From positions 235,602,001 to 235,666,000 of the forward strand of contig CM097885.1 of NCBI GenBank assembly GCA_044892525.1: a stretch of DNA of 64,000 nucleotides, written 5' to 3'. The position numbers and the translations under genes were made by a program. Of the stretch, positions 1 to 10,666 are shown in pieces. Source of the DNA: Schmidtea polychroa (Eukaryota). Positions within the stretch are counted from its first letter, which is position 1; each line of letters begins with the position of its first letter. The notes under the pieces are model-generated. The model ran no database searches. It was not told the DNA's origin and saw nothing but the letters and a program-made list of their open reading frames with translations.

Positions 1-2499
1 ATATTTCGTTACTTTCTGTGCACCTGCATGGCACAGTAATACGTGTACTTCTTTTATCATCCTCTGTCTATTATCTGACGGTATCCATATTTTACCTTGC
101 TTAGTTAGTACCGTGTTGTTTTCCATTATGAACTTACAATCTTTATTTTCTAACTTATTCTTTATTTCTTGGACCTCCATATTGTCATTTTGCCACTTGT
201 TATATCCGCCTTCTGCTGTTACTGTTAATATTCTGGTTTTAATTTTGCCAGTTTTTGGGTCTTCGTGTTCCATCATACACTGTACACATGTTCCGCATGT
301 TTTCCTGGATAGCATATCCGCGTTTGTATGGCTTGTTCCTTTCCTGTATTCCATTTTAATATCCAGGCTGCTTAAATAGTTGATCCATGTCTGGAATTGA
401 GCAGTTATTGGTTTCTTCGTTGTTACCATAAACGTAATAGCTTTATGGTCCGTTCTCAGTACGAATCTCTTACCATATAAGTAATGATTGAAATGTTTAC
501 AAAAATAGTATATTGCCAATAATTCTTTTCTGGTAATGCAGTATCCTTTTTCGTGGCTGCTCATCGCATGTGAACCATATGCAATGACATGTTCATGTCC
601 TTTTTCATCCTTTTGCGAAAGAACTGCTCCAATAGTATCGAAGCTCGCGTCTGTGTCTAATATAAATTCTTTTCTGAAATCTGGAAATACCAATACTGGG
701 GCGGTTATCAATGCTTCTTTCATTTCCCCGAAAGCCTTTTCACACATCTCTGTCCATCTTATTTTCTCATTGTTTTTTCCGCATATGCTTTCTAGTGCTC
801 TTGCCTTCTTTGCATAGTCTTTTATGAACCGTCGATAATAGTTACAGATACCCAGAAAGCTCCTCAGATTCTTTACACATTTTGGCTTTTGAAATGATTG
901 TATTGCTTCTATCTTAGTATTATCTGTTTGTATGCCGTCTTTATTTATTATGTGTCCCAGAAACTTCACTTCTTTTCTAAATATTTGACATTTTTCGGGG
1001 TTCAATCTTAGTCCTGCTGTTGCGATCTTCCCTAGGACTTTTTCAAATATGTTATAATGGTCTTCTTCTGTCTTTGTGAATATTAGGATGTCGTCTAAAT
1101 ATACCATCACTCCATCTTTCCACAAATCTTTCAATACTTTCGTCATTAATTCTTGAAATGTTCCTGGTGCCGCTGCAATACCGAACGGCATCCTGTTAAA
1201 ACAGAACTGTCCTTCTTTTGTTGAGAATGCTGTTTTCTCTTGAGATTCTTTATCTAACTTCACTTGGTAATAAGCATTTTCCAAGTCGATTGAGCTAAAA
1301 TATCTGGATCCGTGTAGGATGTCTAAAATTTCATCTACATTTGGCATTGGAAATGCTTGTCTTTCTGTTATCTTGTTTAATTGTCTGAAGTCTAGACAAA
1401 GCCTGATGTCTTTTTTCTCTTTCTTCCATACACAAACTAAAGGTGTGTTCCACGGTGAATTACACTTCCTAATTATTCCGTTGTTTTCTAGATTTTTTAT
1501 TGCTTCCTCAATCTTGTCTTCCAAATTTATTGGCTGACGTCTCGGTTTAATCATTATTGGCTCTCCTTTCGTGATGATCTTATGTTTTATCAGATTGGTA
1601 CACCCAATGTCCCATTTATCTGCCATAAAAACATTCTTGTTTGCCTGAAATATTTCTAACAGTCTCTTATTTCCGGTAACCTTTAAAACGTCGATGGCAT
1701 GACGTAATCTTTCTTCATCTGTTATAATCCGCCCAAATCTAGCTTCTATTTCGCAAATGAAATCACTACGTTTTTCATGTTCTTCTAGTATACATTTCAA
1801 TTCTATACCAAATAACCTTTGTAGTTCTACTCCTCCAATAATTTCTGGTATTAAATTCTTTACTATAATGAATGTTACATTTCTTTCAATACTGCCCATT
1901 TTAACATTGATGTTTATTTTACCCATAGTTTCTAATCTACTGTTGTTTGCACATCTTAGCGATTCCCTTGTTTCTAATATTTCGATATTTTCTAATCGAT
2001 CAATTACAGATTTAGCCATCACATTAATTCGCGCTCTTGTATCCAATAAACAATCTACTTTCCGCCCTTGGATATCCAGTGTTGTACTCGGTCTACCTTG
2101 CATTATATTATATGTTATTACTGGACTTTTTTGTTCTTCTACTGACAAAATATTCTGCTCTCTAGTATCTTCTACAATTTCATTAATACACACGTCTCCA
2201 TTTTTCTTGAGGAATTTGTAAATTTTCTCTATAGTTCTTTCCTCGTGTTTTACTAATTCATTTACTTTACACTCCTCTTTAAATTTTTTCTGAATTTCCT
2301 TATCATTCGACTTTTTGATTTCTACACTACTATTATTATTAATATCACGTTCAAAAACACTACAATCTTTATCAATCATACAATCATCATACATACTTAA
2401 ATTACACATACCGTTAGCATTCATTCTTTGGTTGAAATCAATATTACTTAGTAAATTGCTCCGATCAATGTCCCGTTTGACGGAGCGTGCTCGTTTGGG
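1..2499 (-). CDS. pol: Ty3/Gypsy pol (protease-RT-RNase H-start of integrase), runs off the window edge; -1 frame relative to gag
   Basis: Minus-strand translation in one frame: LLDTRA (protease, ~2043), VMVYLDDILI (RT, ~1090-1107), LDTDASFDTIGAVLSQ and RTDHK (RNase H), EVHVLLCHAG (integrase Zn finger start). The frame opens after TGA at 2500-2502. No minus ORF is listed here, consistent with no stop before the edge. Confidence 0.93.
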
Positions 2500-3569
2500 T
2501 CATTCTCCCTGTTATACTCGTCTGGCTGGCTTGACTGTTTTGTATTCATTATCTCATCATCAGACTCGATAGCTGCAATATCTTTTCTGTTATATTGTTG
2601 GTTTCCCCATTGTCTTTGATGTACGTTCCTTGAGTGATACATATCTTCCCTTTGTTGATAGGTATTTCTTTGAATTCTTCCTCCTGACATCTTCCTTTGG
2701 TCTCGATCTCTTCCTTGATTTCGTCTTTCCATATTTGTGTAGCACTCTCTTTCTTTGTGTCCTCGTGCATTGCATCTATGACATTTGATTGTTGGGCATT
2801 CTCTTCGTATGTGACCTTCAACACCACATGCATAACATTGAAATCTTCTTTTTATATTACATTCTCTGCTACTGTGTCCCGGTTTTTGACACGTCCAGCA
2901 TTCTATCACTTTAATTCTTGTCTCTGGTTTGCATTCGTTGATTTTTCTCTTCGTGGCTCCAACTTGTACTACATCTCTATAAGTTCTTCCCCCAGTTGTA
3001 GGTCGTATTGATCTCACCGTGTTTACTTGTTCAATAACCTTGTTAACTTTTTCTATCTTCTTTATAGTTTCTTTAATTTGTTCCGCCGTTTTGAGATCTT
3101 TCATTTCGATTTCTTTCCTGACTTCTTTATCTTTTACACAATGTGTCAATAAACATTTCTGAATTTCTTCCTCATTCCAAGTGTGTGAGGCCAATTTTTT
3201 AGTCATTTTTGATATTTTCTCTAAAAATATTTCAGCTGATTCGTTACCTTGCTCGTAGTTCAAGGCTTCTCTTAAGTCATCAATCAATGACGTTGGTCGA
3301 TGAAAAGCTGCTCTTAATTTCTGTTCAACGGTTTTACCTTCTGCGGTTTCATATTCTTCAATCAAAGTCCTGTCCAGAAGTGTAATAACTAGTACCATTT
3401 GGGTCTTCACTGGTGTCTTCGTTATTTCAAAGAACCTCTGACATTCTTTGATAAATAATTCGAGGTCATCTCCTCTGTGGAATTTTTCTGGAAGTAATCT
3501 TCCAATAAGCAGATCCGTTGGAATGGTCGCCATGTTAGAAGCTATAACATTTAATTCTTCTGTCATCAA
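2448..3569 (-). CDS. gag: Ty3/Gypsy Gag with three CCHC zinc knuckles
   Basis: 373-aa ORF with CWTCQKPGHSSREC, CYACGVEGHIRREC and CHRCNARGHKEREC, directly upstream of pol. Confidence 0.93.
   Translation of the reverse strand: MMTEELNVIASNMATIPTDLLIGRLLPEKFHRGDDLELFIKECQRFFEITKTPVKTQMVLVITLLDRTLIEEYETAEGKTVEQKLRAAFHRPTSLIDDLREALNYEQGNESAEIFLEKISKMTKKLASHTWNEEEIQKCLLTHCVKDKEVRKEIEMKDLKTAEQIKETIKKIEKVNKVIEQVNTVRSIRPTTGGRTYRDVVQVGATKRKINECKPETRIKVIECWTCQKPGHSSRECNIKRRFQCYACGVEGHIRRECPTIKCHRCNARGHKERECYTNMERRNQGRDRDQRKMSGGRIQRNTYQQREDMYHSRNVHQRQWGNQQYNRKDIAAIESDDEIMNTKQSSQPDEYNRENDPNEHAPSNGTLIGAIY
2458..2499 (-). promoter_or_regulatory. Programmed -1 ribosomal frameshift signal (gag-pol)
   Basis: Minus-strand heptamer C CCA AAC (2499-2493) in the gag frame, 6-nt spacer, then stem-loop GCTCCG-TCAA...TTGA-T-CGGAGC. 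Confidence 0.8.
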
Positions 3570-5294
3570 AATAAATTACTAAGACTATTAAATCCAAAAT
3601 TATATTTCATTAAATCTGATTATATAAACAAATATTCTTGGGACATTTTCTAAATTTTAATTTCAACCAAATATCAACATACCATCGCATTCATACTTGA
3701 ATTTCAATTTTATTAAAAATTATTTTATTTTAAAATTTCAATTATCATTTCAATTTTAATATCTTAAAATAATTTAAGTTTCAATTAAAACTTTACAAAT
3801 TTTAATCATGAACTAATTTAATTTAGTATTTTAATTTTAACTCCTCACAGTCACTAAAAAATTAATTTTGAAAACACTTTAAAAAGACTACCGAAAATTC
3901 GTGTTGAATATCAAACAAAATATTGATTGATAATCTGAAATACTGATAAAAAATTATAAAAATCAATGAAGATTTAAAAGTTACTATAAATTGGTTTTTA
4001 TTTATGATCTTTTGGTATACATTTTTCACATCTAATCAATATGAACCAAGCAGGTGATAAATTTGACTTTTTTTAATAAAAATTATTTCATTAATGATTA
4101 AAAAACCAAAGACAATTATGGATTTTGTAAAACGTTCAATTTTAGAAGAAATTATTTCGAAATTGGCAGCAGTAGATGGGATTTCGATAAGAGCGATTAT
4201 TAGATTGGAATTTATACGGGAATCTATTTCTAATTGTGGATATAAGTTGTCTAAAAGCGAAACCGATGTAATGCAATTAATACATGACCATTTTAAAGCA
4301 ATGAAAGAGAAAATGATTGTCGAATTGTCAGAACAAATTAAAAATAACCTGAGATTTAGCTTGACACTTGATGAGTGGACTAGCTCACGAACGAAGAAAT
4401 ATGTCAATGTAATTCTTCATAATGTCCCAGATCCTGAAAAATCATACAATCTTGGACTAGTTCGTATATTCGGATCGTGTACAATAACAACATTACTTAA
4501 AGTTGTTTCTGACCATTTACCTTCGTTTAAAGTAAATTATGAGCAACGTACTGTTGACACAATAGGAGATTGCGCTTCTTTGATGGTGAAATATGGAAAT
4601 GAGTCTCCAAGATCTTATCAATTGTGCCTAAATCATGGACTACGTCTTACTGTATGTGATACTTTATATAAGAAAAAATCGAACAGAGAAAATGAAGAGG
4701 AATTAATTGATTCTGAAACTGAAGATGAGAATGAAGATGTTTTTGTAATGGAGTTTGTTTGGAGCAGGAGTTGATATTGAAATTGAAACAAAAACAAGAG
4801 AGTTTTCAAGAAAGTGATTGTATCCATGAAATAATAAAGAATATTCGAAAAATGTTTAAATTTTTTAGATTGTCTTCTGTCAGAAATGGAATATTACAAG
4901 AAAAGATCGGAGCTAAACTGGGCAACAATCTTGAATTATATTTAGATTGTAAAACTCGTTGGAATTCTCCTGCCAATATGATAATTATATTTGTTAAACT
5001 ACAAATTTTCATCGAGGAAGCTTTAATAATGGATCTCAGCTTTTCACACATGCTTGATCACACCGATTTAAACGAGCTCAAATATCTCCAGAATTCGCTT
5101 GAACCTGCAAAATTAGCAATTGAGGTTTTAAGTCGAAACGATACTACTCTGCATTCAGCTGGTATTACATTGGAGTATATATTAAAAGCAAATTTTCGAA
5201 CTGTAAAAGTAAAATAGCGTGTGAATTATTAGGTAATATGGAGAAGAGAATTGATGAGCAAGTAAATTTAATAAATTTGTTCAGAGCGCTTTAA

Positions 5295-6773
5295 CACTAG
5301 GACGGCCAGAGCGGTCATTTTGACCGTTAAGCAATTTCATTTTTATTTTGTGAGAAAACGAAAAGGAATTAACGTCTCATATTTTGTGACAATTATTCAT
5401 TTTTAGTGAACTTGTTGTGCATATCAAAGCTTCAATTATAGCATTTGTCACGACTGAGATAATGAGGCCATCCCCATGGAAGGCCGAACCGGTCAATTTG
5501 ACCGGTATCTTGTAACACACAAGAAAGTCACACATAATCATCTTACATACTAGAAAATATAAAACCAAATATAATTTACACACAACCGAAGCATTTAACA
5601 GTCATTTGGGAATGTTTTCCACAGTAAACTTTACTACATACATGGCATATAGCTCCGGATTTATTATCACAATGAGGAGCAGAACAAGTTTTTCGCTTCT
5701 TTAATTTTGGTTGTTCAGAACAGAATTCACCAGAGATGGGGCTTGCTGTTCGACGGCTTTTGAACTCCTCACAAAGAGATGTAGCTAATTCAAAAATAAA
5801 ATCCCTTCTTTTTATAGTTGATCCCGTAGCATCTTTGAAAATAACATGAGCGTTGAGAGCTGCTTTATCAAGCAAATCATAGAAAGTAGTGACTGGCCAT
5901 CTTGCTGTTGCGGCTTTACTGCTGTATAAACGCAACATGCTATCCATGGTATCCACAGCTGTCTTATTTTTGTTATAAAAGTGTATCATTTCAGGCTTTC
6001 TCTTTTCGTCAGATCTCACACTAGCAGTAGAATGGAATGTTGACATGGCAATGACTTTCTTGTCCGATTTGCCTTGATAGGAAACAGTGACAGTGTTTTG
6101 ACACGATAAATGAGTCGATTCAAAAAGAGGCTTTTTCTCCAAGTGAGCTGATGATAAAAAGCGTGAATTTAATCTTACAGTACCAACCAATGTTGTTCGA
6201 TTTACAAGGAGATGTTCAGCTAGTGAGAGACTTGTAAAGAAATTGTCAGTGCAGACATTGTATCCTTTATTGAAAAATGGCTCCATTAGTTTCCTGACTA
6301 CAAAATCACCCAGCCGTAATCCACAGCGTTCGTTTCTATCATGATCCCCTAAATATGGCATTTGATTGATGACAAATTTGGTTTTGACATCACTGAGAAT
6401 CCAGTATTTGATACCGAATTTATCAGGCTTATTTGGCATAAATTGGATGAAGCAACACCTATTTTTTAGCGGCAAAAGTTGCTCGTCGACAGTAAGGAAG
6501 GGATTAGGAGTATAAACTTGAAGACAATTTGAAACAAACAAGTCAAATATTTCACGAAAATGGGCATATTTATCTTGTTCTACTCTTTGACGTTGAGAAC
6601 ATTGTTAGAATAAAAATAATTAAATTTTGAAAGCGTGTTAGTAGCACAAAGAAAGTATTGCTAAATGAGTTGCATCATAGAAATCTCAGCATGAAAATAA
6701 GGAGCATATGTGCACCGGTCAAATTGACCGGTTTGGCCTTCCAAGGTATAAAATATTTCCGGCCGTCCTAGTG
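5295..6773 (-). mobile_element. piggyBac element (1479 bp, internally deleted)
   Basis: TTAA at 5291-5294 and 6774-6777; perfect 13-bp TIR CACTAGGACGGCC; subterminal inverted repeats containing ACCGGTCAATTTGACCGGT (~5488 and ~6714). Confidence 0.95.
5576..6541 (-). CDS. piggyBac transposase, N-terminally truncated
   Basis: TVDEQL, KPDKFGIK, CTDNFFTS and AVDTMD catalytic motifs plus the C-terminal Cys-rich domain; too short for a full ~550-600 aa enzyme. Confidence 0.9.
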   Translation of the reverse strand: MFVSNCLQVYTPNPFLTVDEQLLPLKNRCCFIQFMPNKPDKFGIKYWILSDVKTKFVINQMPYLGDHDRNERCGLRLGDFVVRKLMEPFFNKGYNVCTDNFFTSLSLAEHLLVNRTTLVGTVRLNSRFLSSAHLEKKPLFESTHLSCQNTVTVSYQGKSDKKVIAMSTFHSTASVRSDEKRKPEMIHFYNKNKTAVDTMDSMLRLYSSKAATARWPVTTFYDLLDKAALNAHVIFKDATGSTIKRRDFIFELATSLCEEFKSRRTASPISGEFCSEQPKLKKRKTCSAPHCDNKSGAICHVCSKVYCGKHSQMTVKCFGCV

Positions 6774-7556
6774 TTAACATCCAAAATGTATACCTTCTAA
6801 ACAGACTTATCTACTCAATTATTAAAAAAGACTTTACCAAATAGATGATAATAATGAATCAACGAAAACTTCGCCAGACCAGGACTTAATATTAGTAGAA
6901 AATCAAAACGCTAAAGCTTTGACAATGAAGGAAGAGTTTGAAATAATTTTGAAAAACGCAGCTGAGCCTCAACCTCCAAAAGAGTCCACGATTTATAGCA
7001 AACTAAAACAAAAATTTGTGCTTTTCAGAAATACTGGAAAACGAACTAGTAATCTTCATGATCTGTGCAGCGCACTTTAGCTTTTATAAAACCAACTTCA
7101 ACTTCTAATGAAAGAACGTTTTCAATTAGTGGCAACTTCTGTACTAAAATTAGATCAAGACTTGCTGACAAGTCTCTCAATTCATTAGTTTTTTTGAAAT
7201 ATTTGTACCTTAAACCAAAAAATAAAAAAAGTAATTAAATGATTAGCTAAATTCTGTTAATGTTCAAATAGTTATATTAGTTTGCAAGCTTATTAAGTTT
7301 TGAAAATAAATGAACTAATTAATAAATTTGAGTACATTTTCTTTTTAATTTCTTGGAAATACCATTAAATCACAAATTTCAGTTGTATTGGAAATCATAT
7401 AATATTATTTTATCAGATTCTTGTAATAGTTTTCGTTAAAGACAATGAACTTGGACTCGAGTATTTAAAATTTTGGACTCGGTCTCGTCGAGTCTTAAAA
7501 ACCCGAGTTTTCAGAAACTCTACATACTGTAAATACTGAAAGTTGGAAGCAATTAA

Positions 7557-8781
7557 CCCTTTGAGGACCGGCTTTTTTTAAAAAAATTTTAAATTTTATT
7601 TTTTTTATAAATATTTTATTTATTTCATTAAAAACTGGGAAAAAAATTAATTTTTAAATTTTTAAAATAAAATTTATTTACATGAATATGCATCTGGATA
7701 AGGGCCACGTTTTATATGTTGACAATTGGTATTCAAGCGCACCATTGTTCGAAATACTTCATTACAAGAAAACTGGAGCTTGTGGAACATTACGAAAAAA
7801 TCGCAAAGGTCTTCCGAAATATTCTGGAAAAATGAAAAAGGTGAACTTGAAAGCTACAATACTGATAAATTATTGTTTCAAAGATGGATGGATAAACGCG
7901 AAGTATTCATGTTGTCCACAATTCATAGAAATGGACTAGTTGAATCAACAAAGACCAATTTCCAATCATTCGAAAAAATAATGAAGCCAAAAACAGTTAT
8001 AGATTACAGTTTATTCATGGGTGGTGTGGATTATTCTGATATGAGAATGTCATTTTGAGAATGCGTTAGAATAACTACCAAATGGTACAAAAAGTTCTTT
8101 TTTCACATCATTGATATGGTAGTACATAACGCTTATTGTATATACAGAGCGAAGAACAAGTCAAGAATCCAATTGGCTGATTTAGACTGATATTGGTTAG
8201 ACAATTGATAGAAAAATATGGATCTCAAAGAAGTGAACGAGTTGGAAGACCACCACTAAGCGAAAACCCACTTTGTTTACAAGGAAGATAAAATTCCAAT
8301 AAATTCTGGTGATAATGGAAAGAAATGCTGTGTTGTTTGTTCAACTTTAAGTGATCGAAAAAGAACCACAATAATGAGTCAACTATGTGATGTTCCATTA
8401 TGCATTGTACCATGTTTCAAAGATTATCACACAAAAGTAAATTTATAATAACCATATTTATTGATAAAAATAAAATAGTTTATTTCTCGATTGAATTTTT
8501 TGTCTTTTCTTATTTTTACATATTGATTCGTAGTTTTTAGAAAAAAATTTTCTTGAAAAAAATCATTCGTTTTGTTTAGTTTTATAAAAATACACACAGA
8601 AATGTGATTTTCATTATAGTTTAATTTATTTTAGTTTTTAGCTAATATTATGTAAACAGTGTGTTTTATGAAATTTTTTTATTTGAAAAAAAATTTTCTT
8701 TTTTAATTTTATATAAGAAAAACCACATTTGATATTTTTAGAACTAGTTTGCCATTATAGTGGCGGCCGGCCCTCAAAGGG
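7557..8781 (+). mobile_element. Second piggyBac family, deleted non-autonomous copy with a transposase pseudogene (7682-8448)
   Basis: TTAA at 7553-7556 and 8782-8785; TIR CCCTTTGAGG(A/G)CCGGC (15/16); frameshifted fragments YVDNWYSS, GTLRKNRKG, MGGVDYSD and a Cys-rich tail. Confidence 0.92.
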
Positions 8782-9350
8782 TTAAATGGATTTAATTGTT
8801 TAATTATTAGTGCTAAGAAACTCGACATAATTTCTTTCTTTATTTGACTAGAGAATAATAGTTTCGACGACGGGCAGGTGATTTTAGGGAAACCGCCTCA
8901 AACTATTCTCTTAAGAAACTGATTTGACACTAGCAACTGTTGTCTACATTGCCTTGTCCACATTACTTTTCTGAAATAATCAATTTTTATGAAATTTTGA
9001 TACTCTTTTTTCGACCAGGAATGAATAATGAAACTAAATTTGCCTTTCTTATAAAGAGTCAACTGAACATAAATCAAGTCCACTTTCAAGCCTCATTTTT
9101 CTATATCTTCCATCTAAAATAAATAACATAAATTGGAATATTTTGCTGTCACTTAACAGGTCACTCGTGGATTTTGCTTCTAATTGAAATAATTGATGTT
9201 GCCAACAATCGGTTTTTATTTTTGTAATAACTCTCCTTAGGGACCCAATTTATTTGTAACAATCATCTTTGTTCTCAAATTTTCGTTTGTTACCCACTCA
9301 AACCATTCCACCAAAAAATATTGATTTTCAGTAAAAGTGTCATGTTGTAC

Positions 9351-9471
9351 TAGATTGCCAGACGTCCCACTTTTGGTAGGACAGTCCTACGATTTGGATA
9401 TTTGTCCTACGTACTACTGTAGTAGGTTATTGATTTGTCCTACTTTGAGCCTCTCAACATGTAGCAACCCT
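9351..9471. mobile_element. Small hAT-type MITE whose right TIR is the Polinton target site
   Basis: Left end TAGATTGCCAG, right end GCAACCCT(A) (TAGGGTTGC-type TIR); internal GTCCTAC repeats; degraded 8-bp TSD TGTTGTAC (9343-9350) vs AGTTATAC (24309-24316). Confidence 0.6.
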
Positions 9472-10408
9472 AGTAGTGTGGTTATATACCCAACCAAAAC
9501 AGCCCCCCAACAAAAACATGCCTCCAAATCACTTAAGCTATTAGAAAAACAACCTAAAACTTATACTTTTATAGTATTTTAACCCTATATTTTGAAAACA
9601 ACCACCCTTAATGACTCTAACTGTTTTAATCTTTAAAGCCTCAAACTCAAAAGCTTCAAACTAAAAAGAGAATAGAAAAGAAAATGGCATTATGAAAAAG
9701 TTAGAGGGCTATTTGATCTTTATCAGATTATTGATTTTAAATTATATAAATTAAAAAATAAATGAAAAATAGTAAAACTGCTCTGAGGGGACAGTGGTAT
9801 TTTTTTTTTCACTGTCCCCTCAACAGTTTTTTTTGATCCGGATCATTTTTTTTATTTATCAACCTCTTTCGTTTATCGAATCTCCTCCAATATACAAGCT
9901 GGCCAGACTCATACATCAGAATCAATCCGATAATAGCAGCACACCTTATTATTCGCTTCTCGCTCGAATACGATTTCATCGGCGTTTTAAGTGTGCTGCT
10001 CGAAAGTACAAATGAATTCGAAAGCGAATTCGAAAGAGGTCCGAAAACAACTGAGAAATAAATGTGCACATTAAAGAATCGATCCGGGGGTGTTCGAAAG
10101 ACAGGTGGCGATAATTACCGGTTCGCCACCATCACCCGTTTCAATATTTTTTTTTTCATATTTATGTTTAAAAAATAATTAATTAATAAAAAAATAAAAT
10201 AAAATAAAATAAATAAAATAAAATATACAAGTACTTTATAAATATAAGATACCCACACTATTTTCAATATTATTTTCAAATTTTTAATATTATTTTATGT
10301 TGAAAAAAAACTAACCTCAGATGTGATTTGAACCACTATCCATTTGAACCACTGTGCCAGTCTATTCCCACTGCGCCATCAAGGTTTGAATTTTTGTCAT
10401 TTTTTTAA
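9472..10408 (+). repeat. Left terminal inverted repeat of the Polinton
   Basis: In exact register with the right end (coordinates sum to 33773) up to ~10310; mirrored ORFs 9794-10015/23758-23979 and 9809-10069/23704-23964 translate identically. Confidence 0.95.
10303..10384 (-). ncRNA. Putative Pol III (tRNA-type promoter) small RNA cassette, copy 1 (diverged)
   Basis: Minus strand: CCTTGA TGGCGCAGTGG (box A) ... GGTTCAAATC (box B) ... GAGGTTAG then T8. Confidence 0.55.
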
Positions 10409-10517
10409 TTTTTAATTTATAAAAAAATAAAATAAAATAAAATAAATAAAATAAAATATACAAGTTACCTCACTATTTTCAATATTATTTTCAAATTTTT
10501 AATATTATTTTATGTTG

Positions 10518-10598
10518 AAAAAAAACTAACCTCAGATGTGATTTGAACCGCTAGCATTTTGAACCACTGTGTCAGTCTAGCCCACTGCGCCATCAAGG
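10518..10598 (-). ncRNA. Putative Pol III small RNA cassette, copy 2
   Basis: Same box A/box B/T8 layout; matches the right-TIR copy apart from T-run length. Confidence 0.6.
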
Positions 10599-10666
10599 TT
10601 TGGATTTTTTGTCATTTTTTAAATTTTTATTATAAAAAATGAATAATATAAATCTTAAAAAATAAA

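Larger units (their letters stand above)
4094..7522 (+). pseudogene. Degenerate hAT transposase/element, 5' end missing, interrupted by a piggyBac at 5291-6777
   Basis: FSLTLDEWTS (first catalytic D), CLNH, DCKTRWNS, and the C-terminal dimerisation motif KPTSTSNERTFSISG..RSRLADKSLNSLVFLK (~7087-7236). Several frameshifts and stops. Candidate right end ...CAGAAACTCTA at 7522. Confidence 0.85.

Noticed and set aside
113..3011. Plus-strand ORFs over the left Gypsy
   Set aside because: Antisense shadows of gag/pol.
3570..4093. 5' LTR/PBS of the left Gypsy and left TIR of the hAT
   Set aside because: Neither a PBS plus TG...CA boundary nor a TAGAGTTTC-type TIR could be found.
9794..10069. ORFs of 73 and 86 aa in the TIR (mirrored at 23704-23979)
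   Set aside because: GTG starts, overlapping on opposite strands, no recognisable motifs; better explained by the structured non-coding region.
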